From Eledone cirrhosa (taxonomy: Eukaryota): a stretch of 64,000 nt of DNA. How positions within the stretch are numbered: the first letter of the stretch is position 1; every line of letters starts with the position of its first letter. Below, in pieces: positions 47,151-59,065 of the stretch. The notes under the pieces were generated by a model. The model was not told the origin of the DNA. It saw only the letters and a program-made list of their open reading frames with translations, and did no database searches. The translations under genes and the position numbers were made by a program. The stretch lies in the NCBI GenBank assembly GCA_964016885.1, contig OZ024749.1, positions 54,374,001 to 54,438,000 on the forward strand, written 5' to 3'.

Positions 47151-47490
47151 ATGTCGGAATCTACAATTGGTCGAAGTGTGAGGACTTTAGAGGGACATGC
47201 GGCTATGTCCATGAGACGTTCCGGACCAGATGACCTCCGATGGATTGAAATTCAAAACACGACGTTCAAAAATTGGGTAAATGAACAATTGCCGGACGGT
47301 AGCACAGTGACGGATTTGGAAAAGGATTTAGACGATGGAACTAAACTTATCGCTCTTGTGGAAGCTTTACAATCGAAACCTATAGGACGGAAGTTCTGTA
47401 AGAAACCAATGAACCAACATCAATACTTGGAGAACTTATCTATTGCATTGGAAGCTATTCGTAAAGATAAAGTTAAACTTGTAAACATCG
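47151..47490 (+). CDS. Filamin-like actin-binding protein, first coding exon (calponin-homology domain 1)
   Basis: WIEIQNTTFKNWVNEQL...VTDLEKDLDDGTKLIALVEALQ...KKPMNQHQYLENLSIALEAIRKDKVKLVNIG matches filamin CH1 (WKKIQQNTFTRW...DLSDGLRLIALLEVL...LENVSVAL...IKLVSID). Ends ATCG|gtaagt, a phase-1 donor at the position conserved in animal filamins. The next exon was not seen in the window. Confidence 0.92.
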
Positions 47491-48034
47491 GTAAGTAATC
47501 AAACTAATCAATATTTTGGTTTTCTCTTTGTATTGTTTTTATTTTGTATCTTTTTATTGGGGTCTTTTTATCCAGAGGAAGTGGCCAATTTTTTTTTTTT
47601 TTTTTTTTCGTATATATTTATTTGCAGTAGGGACGATGAGGTTTTTTATGTTTTTTTTACTTGCTTTACCTCGAGAAGGGGAGGTTCCATTTAATAATCA
47701 ATTTCGCAAACATAGCGTATGAAGACGATCAAAATCATCATAATCAATAACACCATAAATAACTATATATATATATATATAAGCATGTCGATTTGAAAGA
47801 TCTTATAACATTTATTTTAAAAAACAGTGGGCGAGGACAACGAAAAAAACGAACGAAACTGAGAACAATCCCTTCTCATCAGCCAACCTCTGGTGGTCCT
47901 TGTGGTTTCCGATCTCCAGAAGTAGACTGATGGGAATGGACTGTCCTGTCTCTTCTCCGTGTTTCCGTTGTCTACGCCTACCTTTTTTTTAAATTATATA
48001 CACACATACAATCAGATGTAACAACAGACACTAT

Positions 48035-48068
<34 letters not shown>

Positions 48069-48439
48069 ATATATCCTGTGATAGACAGGCGAAACTCCAG
48101 AGTAACAAGACTCACTTTTTAGCCTTAATATAAATTAATATATATACACACACACACACACTTACATCGCTGCCACTGAACGTTACCTCTACAGTTCAAC
48201 ATAATAATATTGTTCTATTCTGTAATGTTCCCAACCGACAAGTGAAGAAATTGTAGTTGTTATTATAATTACTAGAAACTTCCCGGCTTATTTCGTTATT
48301 TTAGTTGAAATCCAGAGCAGGGGAACTTCGCCTTTTATCCTTCCGGGTTAATAAAATGAGTCCTGTACTGAGTTCGCTATAATAAACTATTTCGTTCAAA
48401 CTCCGAATGTCTGGCCTTGTGCCTTTGTTAGAAATTGTT

Positions 48440-48660
48440 AGTGGACTGACAGTAGTCGGTAGAGTGTCGCACAACATGGTTTGCGGCATATAGTTACAAC
48501 TCTTTACGTTCTGAGTTCAAATCCCGCCGAATTTGGCTTTGACTTTCATCTTTATGGGGTCGATAAAATAAAGTACCAGTAATGCACTGCGGTAGATTTA
48601 ATCGACTTTACCATCTCAACCCAAAATTGTTGGCCTTGTGCCTAAAACAGGAACCATTAT
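48440..48660 (+). mobile_element. SINE family A copy
   Basis: gagttcaaatcccgccg...ggggtcgataaaataaagtaccagtaatgc...ggccttgtgcctaaa. Confidence 0.8.
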
Positions 48661-49029
48661 AACACATACAGCTAATTGTCGTGCCATGCCAAGTAGGACG
48701 ATTTAGTCAACCGAACACCTACTAGCGTGGAGAGTCAGTCGGCGTCCCGTCCCCCACAGGTAACATATGTACAAATATGATATAGTATCATTAAGTGACA
48801 AAAACTCAATGAATAGGGAAGATTGTTTTCATTGAGAATTCACACACACACACACTGACACACTCACACACACACACACTCACACAGGCAGTCACACACA
48901 CAGTGTAACATACATAGAAAAAATATGACAATTCCCCAAACAGACACACTAACAGTGACACACACACACACATATATATAATCGTATTTCTCTCATACAA
49001 ACATACCTATATGAAGTGTTTTTGTAAAG

Positions 49030-49130
<101 letters not shown>

Positions 49131-49449
49131 CGTGTGTGTGTGTATTCATAAAGACACACACGCATCACGTGTCAATAATCGTTTGGCAGTTTGTTTACAA
49201 ACATTTCTCTCAAGAGAGATTTCATTTTCAAGCGTTCGACAGCAACATCAGAACTTCCTGTAACATCTTCTGACCACGTGCCAACAAAGAAACACTTCTG
49301 GGAAATTGCTCGACCTGCTAGAAATAACAAATTTCCTTCACAACCACTCTATCGCCTTTAAAAGAAGTGGCAATACATTGGCAAAACTGAAATTGACAGA
49401 GACGCTCGAGCGTAAGACAAAACACATCGGGGTATATATTCTGGCACTC

Positions 49450-49830
49450 AACACTCTTCTTCCCCCTCTTATTCCTGGGAGGGTTGTTGGGGGGGGGGGG
49501 CACAGAGTCCTCAAACACTCCCTTTAGTGGGTCCTGTCAGAAACAACCGTCTCCAACTGGATCCCCAAGCGAGACCAGCCAGGTTCATGGATGTTATTTA
49601 ACCATCTTGCTCGGGGTCTACCTCTGCGTCTCTTTCCGGTTGGTTTTGCCTGTATAATCTGTCCAGTGATTCTTTCCTGAGACATTCTAACCACATGTCC
49701 TCCATAATATCGGAGCTGTGATCTCTCAATTCAGAGAAATAACAACTCTACCTGGAGTGACTTTCTGATCTCCGAGCTTTGCACTGTATCAAGTAACGTT
49801 GCTCCAAAGACCCTTCGGAGAAACTTCATA
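49450..49830 (-). mobile_element. RTE-clade LINE 3' fragment
   Basis: Minus strand reads ERSQLRYY..HVVRMSQERITGQIIQAKPTGKRRRGRPRARWLNNIHEPGWSRLGI. Confidence 0.8.
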
Positions 49831-49922
49831 TCTGGACAGTCCGTCACTTGGGCCCTTGGGTGCCTTTAACGGAATCTACTGTTGGAAGTATTTGAGACAG
49901 GCCTCAGTTTTGGGATACCCCC

Positions 49923-49986
<64 letters not shown>

Positions 49987-51234
49987 GCCCTAGAATGGGT
50001 CATTTGATACTACTTACCTTTATGACTAAACAGTAAAAAGCGAAATACTTATATTGGCTTATACGACTTCGTACATATACAGGTTAATACATACTCACCC
50101 ACAAATGCATAGAAGTATATACAAATAGTTGCACACACACAGACAGATTCACACACACGTTCATACACCACTCAGTTGCATATTACACACACACACATAC
50201 ACCACACAGTTGCATATTACACACACACGTTCATACACCACTCAGTTGCATATTACACACACACACATACACCACTCAGTTGCATATTACATACACACAT
50301 ACACACACACGTTCATACACCACACGCGCATATTTTCTTATACACATATATACCTAAGCGTACAAATAAAATAAACACACATACAAAGAGAGAGGGGGGG
50401 AAAGAGAATGAGACGATGAGGGGGGTGTACACACACACACGTGGCCCGGCGGTAACGGTTCCCGTTTGGTTTGGACCAAATCTACTGCAAACAGGTAAGT
50501 GAGGGATGGGGAGAGGAGATAGACAGGTAGAGAGAGAGAGAGATATGAAGGTGATTAACAGAAGAGGAAGAGGAATGTAAGGGGGAGATGAGGGAGACTG
50601 TCAATAGGGGGGAGAGAGGAGGGGGAAAGAGGGAGAGAGAGTGGGGGAGAGATGGGGAGGGGGAGGGGGAGGGGGAGAGAGTGTGTGCCAATAGATGTCA
50701 CCAGCTGTTCTAGATATATAAATAGTTCCGACTTTAGGAGTTGCCTTGATGAGAGATAAAACGAGTAAAGTATATATGGAGTGAGAGTATGAGTAATGGA
50801 ATGAGTGAAGGTAAGCTGAGTGGAGTGAAGGTCGCTAGAGAGAGGGGGGGGTGAGACTGACACCAGGTGTTCTGTTGAAGTGAATAGTTGGTTGTGTGGA
50901 GTTTCTCTGCGTGACATAACATGTGGAGTGAGTGGTGGTGGAAGTCGGTAGAGAGTGAGAGAGTGAGTGGTGGTGGAAGTAAAGAGAGAGAGTGAATGAG
51001 TGAGTGAGTGATTGGGAGAGTGAGTGATTGGGAGAGTGAGTGGTGGTGGGAGTCGGTAGTGAGAGTGAGTGAGAGAGTGAGTGAGAGAGTGAGTGAGTGA
51101 TTGGCAGAGTGAGTGAGTGATTGGAAGAGTGAGTGGTGGTGGGAGTCGGTAGAGAGAGAGGGGAGAGAGTGAGTGAGTGAGTGAGTGAGTGGTGGATGTC
51201 GGTAGAGGGAAAGAGTGAATACGTGTATTGGATC

Positions 51235-51635
51235 TCCGTCAACTCCGACGACGAATATTCCAGTTAATCAGATCAACGAAACAGCCCACTCGTGAAATTT
51301 ACCTGCAAGTGGCTAAGGATTCTAGAGACATACATTTGACGTAGTTCTCAGGGAGATTCAGCGTAACACTGTGCGTGACAAGACAGGCACATAAAATTAC
51401 AGGTTTTCATTATATATAAAAAGGATCGATAGACTTTCGTCAAATCGGACCGAGGAAACAATGTTTCCGTTAGTCTTTCCAGTTGCTAAAACTATCTATC
51501 TGTCACAACTCCAGGTAGAAGGAGCAACGTGAAATAAAGTGTCTTGCTCAAGGACATAACGCATCAACCGGTCCAGGAATCGAACTCACAACCTCAAGAT
51601 TGTGAATTCAATTCTCTAACCACTCAGCCTCCACT
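51235..51635 (-). mobile_element. SINE family B copy, interrupted
   Basis: Matches 59720-60030 (gtgtcttgctcaaggac...ggaatcgaactcacaacc). Confidence 0.7.
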
Positions 51636-51759
51636 AAGTGTGTGTGTGGGGGGGGGGGAGTTTTATAAATAAATATTTTATAAACAAATTTGTTGAGTGC
51701 TTTATATCAGTTATAAAAATATTTTGCTTGTTGTATCCCAACAAATTAAATATAACCTC

Positions 51760-51802
<43 letters not shown>

Positions 51803-52004
51803 TAAAATCTTTTCCTGAGTCCTGTATTTTCGTTGCTCTAGTGATGCGGCTGGGCTGCCGATCGCTATATTTGATTTGCTAAGCTGTCTAAATGTATTGT
51901 TATTACTCTGGGGTACTTTTCCCCATCCGAGTGCTAAAGCTACAGACCGAATTTGCATTCGTTAGCTTGGCCGCGAACTAAAGCTTCGTTAGTGCTGTAC
52001 TAAA

Positions 52005-52044
<40 letters not shown>

Positions 52045-52182
52045 TTGTTGAGTGACCAGATCGATGCTGGAGTCGGGTCCATAACTTCCATATGTGACCT
52101 TGAGCCATTCATCTGCGAAACGTGCGTAATGGGACGATACGCAACATAAACAACATGTAAACGAAATTTTACCGTTTTATTT

Positions 52183-52237
<55 letters not shown>

Positions 52238-52473
52238 AGTATGCATGTATACGTACATACATATATGTATACAGACGTACAGTAGCATGCACATATATAT
52301 ATATATATACACATATATATACATATGCATACAGGTACACATACATATATGCACGTATCAGTTTAGCGGCGCTAACGTCGCTTTGTTCGTTTGTAAACAA
52401 ACTGAACAGCCTGAATTTATGCCATACGGTGTTAAGGCAACCACGTCACCTTTTTGTTCAACACTGACACAGG

Positions 52474-52518
52474 AACGATGTACTAGTTTCAAGCTTGTTA
52501 GCTATCATCAGCACCGTT
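52474..52518 (-). ncRNA. Type I hammerhead ribozyme motif, copy 1
   Basis: Minus strand AACGGTG-CTGATGA-T-AGCT-AACA-AGCT-T-GAAA-C-TA-GTA^-CATCGTT. Confidence 0.8.
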
Positions 52519-52939
52519 TACCCATCTGCCAGATAGTTGAACGTTCGAAAGTATATACTTTCCTTATGAAAATTAACGGCTGAGCAGCCTAATTTGCATA
52601 TTGAGTGAGTTAAATCGGTCAGGCATACCGAAAACGATAAATTGAAACAAAATGAAAACGAAATTTCATTTCTCACTCTTAGTATGGCACTTACTTAAAT
52701 GTAAGTATGCATGTATACGTACATACATATATGTATACAGACGTACAGTAGCATGCACATATATATATATATATACACATATATATACATATGCATACAG
52801 GTACACATACATATATGCACGTATCAGTTTAGCGGCGCTAACGTCGCTTTGTTCGTTTGTAAACAAACTGAACAGCCTGAATTTATGCCATACGGTGTTA
52901 AGGCAACCACGTCACCTTTTTGTTCAACACTGACACAGG

Positions 52940-52984
52940 AACGATGTACTAGTTTCAAGCTTGTTAGCTATCATCAGCACCGTT
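52940..52984 (-). ncRNA. Type I hammerhead ribozyme motif, copy 2
   Basis: Identical motif, 466 bp further. Confidence 0.8.
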
Positions 52985-53407
52985 TACCCATCTGCCAGAT
53001 AGTTGAACGTTCGAAAGTATATACTTTCCTTATGAAAATTAACGGCTGAGCAGCCTAATTTGCATATTGAGTGAGTTAAATCGGTCAGGCATACCGAAAA
53101 CGATAAATTGAAACAAAATGAAAACGAAATTTCATTTCTCACTCTTAGTATGGCACTTACTTAAATGTAAGTATGCATGTATACGTACATACATATATGT
53201 ATACAGACGTACAGTAGCATGCACATATATATATATATATATACACATATATATACATATGCATACAGGTACACATACATATATGCACGTATCAGTTTAG
53301 CGGCGCTAACGTCGCTTTGTTCGTTTGTAAACAAACTGAACAGCCTGAATTTATGCCATACGGTGTTAAGGCAACCACGTCACCTTTTTGTTCAACACTG
53401 ACACAGG

Positions 53408-53452
53408 AACGATGTACTAGTTTCAAGCTTGTTAGCTATCATCAGCACCGTT
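53408..53452 (-). ncRNA. Type I hammerhead ribozyme motif, copy 3
   Basis: Identical motif, 468 bp further. Confidence 0.8.
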
Positions 53453-53873
53453 TACCCATCTGCCAGATAGTTGAACGTTCGAAAGTATATACTTTCCTTA
53501 TGAAAATTAACGGCTGAGCAGCCTAATTTGCATATTGAGTGAGTTAAATCGGTCAGGCATACCGAAAACGATAAATTGAAACAAAATGAAAACGAAATTT
53601 CATTTCTCACTCTTAGTATGGCACTTACTTAAATGTAAGTATGCATGTATACGTACATACATATATGTATACAGACGTACAGTAGCATGCACATATATAT
53701 ATATATATACACATATATATACATATGCATACAGGTACACATACATATATGCACGTATCAGTTTAGCGGCGCTAACGTCGCTTTGTTCGTTTGTAAACAA
53801 ACTGAACAGCCTGAATTTATGCCATACGGTGTTAAGGCAACCACGTCACCTTTTTGTTCAACACTGACACAGG

Positions 53874-53918
53874 AACGATGTACTAGTTTCAAGCTTGTTA
53901 GCTATCATCAGCACCGTT
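53874..53918 (-). ncRNA. Type I hammerhead ribozyme motif, copy 4
   Basis: Identical motif, 466 bp further. Confidence 0.8.
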
Positions 53919-54339
53919 TACCCATCTGCCAGATAGTTGAACGTTCGAAAGTATATACTTTCCTTATGAAAATTAACGGCTGAGCAGCCTAATTTGCATA
54001 TTGAGTGAGTTAAATCGGTCAGGCATACCGAAAACGATAAATTGAAACAAAATGAAAACGAAATTTCATTTCTCACTCTTAGTATGGCACTTACTTAAAT
54101 GTAAGTATGCATGTATACGTACATACATATATGTATACAGACGTACAGTAGCATGCACATATATATATATATATACACATATATATACATATGCATACAG
54201 GTACACATACATATATGCACGTATCAGTTTAGCGGCGCTAACGTCGCTTTGTTCGTTTGTAAACAAACTGAACAGCCTGAATTTATGCCATACGGTGTTA
54301 AGGCAACCACGTCACCTTTTTGTTCAACACTGACACAGG

Positions 54340-54384
54340 AACGATGTACTAGTTTCAAGCTTGTTAGCTATCATCAGCACCGTT
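54340..54384 (-). ncRNA. Type I hammerhead ribozyme motif, copy 5
   Basis: Identical motif, 466 bp further. Confidence 0.8.
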
Positions 54385-54574
54385 TACCCATCTGCCAGAT
54401 AGTTGAACGTTCGAAAGTATATACTTTCCTTATGAAAATTAACGGCTGAGCAGCCTAATTTGCATATTGAGTGAGTTAAATCGGTCAGGCATACCGAAAA
54501 CGATAAATTGAAACAAAATGAAAACGAAATTTCATTTCTCACTCTTAGTATGGCACTTACTTAAATGTAAGTAT

Positions 54575-54618
54575 ACGGTGCTGATGATAGCTAACAAGCT
54601 TGAAACTAGTACATCGTT
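54575..54618 (+). ncRNA. Type I hammerhead ribozyme motif, copy 6 (at the inversion junction; lacks the extended 5' stem)
   Basis: ACGGTG-CTGATGA(54581-87)-TAGCTAACAAGCTT-GAAA(54602-05)-CTAGTA^(54611)-CATCGTT. Confidence 0.78.
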
Positions 54619-55039
54619 CCTGTGTCAGTGTTGAACAAAAAGGTGACGTGGTTGCCTTAACACCGTATGGCATAAATTCAGGCTGTTCAGTTTGTTTACA
54701 AACGAACAAAGCGACGTTAGCGCCGCTAAACTGATACGTGCATATATGTATGTGTACCTGTATGCATATGTATATATATGTGTATATATATATATATATG
54801 TGCATGCTACTGTACGTCTGTATACATATATGTATGTACGTATACATGCATACTTACATTTAAGTAAGTGCCATACTAAGAGTGAGAAATGAAATTTCGT
54901 TTTCATTTTGTTTCAATTTATCGTTTTCGGTATGCCTGACCGATTTAACTCACTCAATATGCAAATTAGGCTGCTCAGCCGTTAATTTTCATAAGGAAAG
55001 TATATACTTTCGAACGTTCAACTATCTGGCAGATGGGTA

Positions 55040-55084
55040 AACGGTGCTGATGATAGCTAACAAGCTTGAAACTAGTACATCGTT
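55040..55084 (+). ncRNA. Type I hammerhead ribozyme motif, copy 7
   Basis: Complete motif with the extended stem I flanks. Confidence 0.8.
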
Positions 55085-55505
55085 CCTGTGTCAGTGTTGA
55101 ACAAAAAGGTGACGTGGTTGCCTTAACACCGTATGGCATAAATTCAGGCTGTTCAGTTTGTTTACAAACGAACAAAGCGACGTTAGCGCCGCTAAACTGA
55201 TACGTGCATATATGTATGTGTACCTGTATGCATATGTATATATATGTGTATATATATATATATATGTGCATGCTACTGTACGTCTGTATACATATATGTA
55301 TGTACGTATACATGCATACTTACATTTAAGTAAGTGCCATACTAAGAGTGAGAAATGAAATTTCGTTTTCATTTTGTTTCAATTTATCGTTTTCGGTATG
55401 CCTGACCGATTTAACTCACTCAATATGCAAATTAGGCTGCTCAGCCGTTAATTTTCATAAGGAAAGTATATACTTTCGAACGTTCAACTATCTGGCAGAT
55501 GGGTA

Positions 55506-55550
55506 AACGGTGCTGATGATAGCTAACAAGCTTGAAACTAGTACATCGTT
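55506..55550 (+). ncRNA. Type I hammerhead ribozyme motif, copy 8
   Basis: Complete motif, 466 bp further. Confidence 0.8.
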
Positions 55551-55847
55551 CCTGTGTCAGTGTTGAACAAAAAGGTGACGTGGTTGCCTTAACACCGTAT
55601 GGCATAAATTCAGGCTGTTCAGTTTGTTTACAAACGAACAAAGCGACGTTAGCGCCGCTAAACTGATACGTGCATATATGTATGTGTACCTGTATGCATA
55701 TGTATATATATGTGTATATATATATATATATGTGCATGCTACTGTACGTCTGTATACATATATGTATGTACGTATACATGCATACTTACATTTAAGTAAG
55801 TGCCATACTAAGAGTGAGAAATGAAATTTCGTTTTCATTTTGTTTCA

Positions 55848-55887
<40 letters not shown>

Positions 55888-56315
55888 ATAGATCGATATA
55901 TCCCAATGCTCAATCAGTGAATGTTGTGAATTAACAGGATGTTAGTGAAGTGTTAAGTGGGAAATACATGGACATGGTTTGGTAGAGAGAGTGAGAGAGA
56001 ACAAAGGACCTACTCCATTAATGACTACCACCACATTACACACACCACACACACCCCACATATACACACCGCTGACGCCAAAACTACACGAAATATGATA
56101 GACACAAAGAAAAACCTATAATCCTCTGATTATAACTTTCTAGATTGTCTACTATACATAGGATAATGTTGTCCAAGGTACACTATGCCTGAACCAGAAA
56201 TATGATAGTCATTGCCAGAATGGATTTAATATTAGTTATTCTTGATTCTAACTTTGCCCGTCTCATTCGAGGTTGATAAAAAAAAGTACCAGTTGAGTAC
56301 TGGGGTCAATTCTTC

Positions 56316-56353
<38 letters not shown>

Positions 56354-56706
56354 CCCTCTCTCTATCCTTCTCTGGAAGAAATCTGCTGTATCCAGCCTGG
56401 AGATGAGAAGGGCTCCACCAGGTTTTAAAATGCCCTACAAATGCCGTATGTCAATACGGTGACTCTACGACCCCCTCAAGAGTTAGTCTATTATCTACGG
56501 AACTAACGAAGGTAATATCTTCCTGGTTGTTCAACCTGCTAGAAACAGCAGCTCAAATTACACTATGTTCACAGGTGTTAACACTTAATATAACTCAGGG
56601 CTGGTTTCAGTCAGGGATCACGCCCACAATGGAGCAACGTCTTCAAAAGTATGGTCGATTGCCTCAACCACACACACGTGTGTGTGTATGTGTCTATATA
56701 CGTGAG

Positions 56707-56777
<71 letters not shown>

Positions 56778-58479
56778 TGTTTCCATGTGTGGACGTGTGT
56801 ATGTGTGTATGTGTGTGTTTCCATGTGTGGACGTGTGTATGTGTGCACCTGTGTTCATGTGATTGTGTGTGTGTGTTCTGTAACTTACACCACTAATTCC
56901 TAAATACCAGATAATGATCGGTCACAAACATGATCTTTGACAAAGCAGAGAAATATTTCACATATCTTAATACACTAAACTTACGACTCGTTGACATGTC
57001 TTAACAGAACAATCTTACGACTAGTCTTTCTGGTTTGACAACTTTTTTTTAAAGAAAAGAAAAGAAAGGGTATTTCTGTTATCCTGAGCAATAAACCTGG
57101 AGTTGATTTTTCTGATAGAAAAATAAGAAAATATAAGACAGTAAAAATTCCAGAGGGGGTGGGCTTGATAACAGCTATATACAAGATACAATAGTTTGTT
57201 GGGTTTAATAGACATTTCGGGTGTGACTATGTTACCCACTGACTGTAGAGTCTGTATAGTTATGTCAGGTAAATCTCTTTGTGTGTGTTCAGGGTTTGTT
57301 TCTGTTCGTTATTCTTGTTATGTGTGGGGGAGGTTAGGATGTGTGTGGGGGAGGTGAGGAGGTTAGGATGTGTGTGAGGGAGGTTAGGATGTGTGTGGGG
57401 GAGGGTTAGGATGTGGCTGACTAATGATGACAATATATTTGTGCTTTACTTAGTTACTAGCATTGATATCAATGTATTTGTTTAAATAGTTCTTTGCTTT
57501 GTTTTGTGCGAGGGGGTGTGGTGGGGCTGTATTATTTCAATTTCTCTGTTTCGTCAGGAAACAAAGCTTCGAACAAGTACTGAGTTAATTTCTCGTCGAG
57601 ATCGACTTTTGTCTTTCATCCTTTCAACATCGATAAGCTAAAATATCACCAGACTAGTCGAATGTTGATTTCGATTTAATCGTCTCCTCCCTCCCTCCCT
57701 CCTATGACCCCCCCCCCCCCCCCCAAAAAAACAACCGTCGTTTCTCGCCTCAGACATTTTCCAGAACCTTGAGAACGTGGAAAAGGTGCCGCATTGTGAG
57801 ATGTTTGTTTTCACATCTCGCTGCTTTAGCCTCAATAAATACGTGGTTTTTAGCCTTTGTTAAAGATTTTCCCAGACAGATGTCACGTAGGGATGGTCTT
57901 CAGTTTGGTTCGCTGGCCCTCTCTCTCTCGCTCATATATATTTGAGTGTGAGAGAGAGAGTGTCCCGAGCTCAATCGGAGATAACCACAGTAAGAAAGGT
58001 ACTCAATACATTAGTAGAGTGTAAACATGATGTTTAATATAGAAATTGCTTCTACAAGACTATAGAAGCCATTTCTATATTACACATTATATATTATATA
58101 TATGAGTGTGTATGTATTTATCTCCCTTCCTCGGTGTTCTCCTCTATCAGATGTGTAGATAGTGTAGAGTTTCTTGTACAAGTGTGGTGACGGTTGACCT
58201 CCTAACCTTATTGTATCGATGAGGTTATTACTGAGAAACGCTCAGTATTCATGTTAGTCGGGAGAGAAAGACGTCAGCTTCTCATTGCCGTTCTGCTCAC
58301 ATTAAAACCTGAACTACAAGCTCACTTCACACTCGTCGATTCTACCCTACTGAACAGCGTTCAGATTTTCACACGATCTATTTAGAAATAACATGTTTAT
58401 GTGGGGGGGGGGGGGGTTAAATATATTTAAATACTTTAAAACAGTTTTGTATGACTATAAACACACACCTAAATACATA

Positions 58480-58635
58480 CGAGGGTCAGCTGAAAGGTTC
58501 TAAGGCTGACCAAGATACTCTCCTGGAAAGAAGCAATGCTGCTATTAATCAGAGTTGAAATTCATGCATGTAAGATTTCATAGCTCTTGCATCACTCCTT
58601 CATAGTCAGCCTATGAACTTTTCAGCTGATCCTCG
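58480..58635. mobile_element. Mariner-type MITE
   Basis: TA-flanked TIRs cgagggtcagctgaaaggttc..aggctgac / gtcagcctatgaacttttcagctgatcctcg. Confidence 0.85.
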
Positions 58636-58999
58636 TAGTTCAAATTAACGCATGCAAGATTTCACAGCTCTAGCATCGCAGGGTTAAACCCTCAGCTGTT
58701 GCTGGAACAACGTGAAATGAAGTGTTTTGCTCAAGAACACAACATACAACCCACTCCAGGAATCGAACCCATGACATGGTCGTAAGTCCAACACCCTTAC
58801 CAATAGGCCATACGCCTATTTAAAGTGCTGCCCGAAATCGAACTGACGACCTTCCAATCGTAAACCGAACAGCATTTAGACTAAAGCACGCGCTTTCACA
58901 TTGTCTATACATACACACACACACACATACTTTGCATGCCTTAAATAACATACACACATACACACACACATACTTTGCATGTCTTAAATTACATAAATA

Positions 59000-59042
<43 letters not shown>

Positions 59043-59065
59043 TACTTTGCATGCATTAAATTACA

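Larger units (their letters stand above)
52233..55853. mobile_element. Hammerhead-ribozyme tandem array (retrozyme-like), 466-bp unit, two divergent arms, flanked by (TA)n
   Basis: Left arm 52233-54574 holds about 5.0 units (one has an extra TA, 468 bp). Right arm 54575-55853 holds about 2.7 units in reverse orientation. Each unit has CTGATGA-stem-GAAA-C-TA-GTA closed by a 7-bp stem I. Confidence 0.85.

Noticed and set aside
47491-47498. Stop codon ending a 115-aa filamin mini-protein
   Set aside because: The ORF reads through the GTAAGT donor; the stop is intronic.
52245-55838. Repeated 93-aa and 112-aa ORFs in the 466-bp units as a tandem gene family
   Set aside because: They start in microsatellite-like sequence, have no recognisable domain, and copy 3 is frameshifted by a TA slip. 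The RNA structure explains the unit better.
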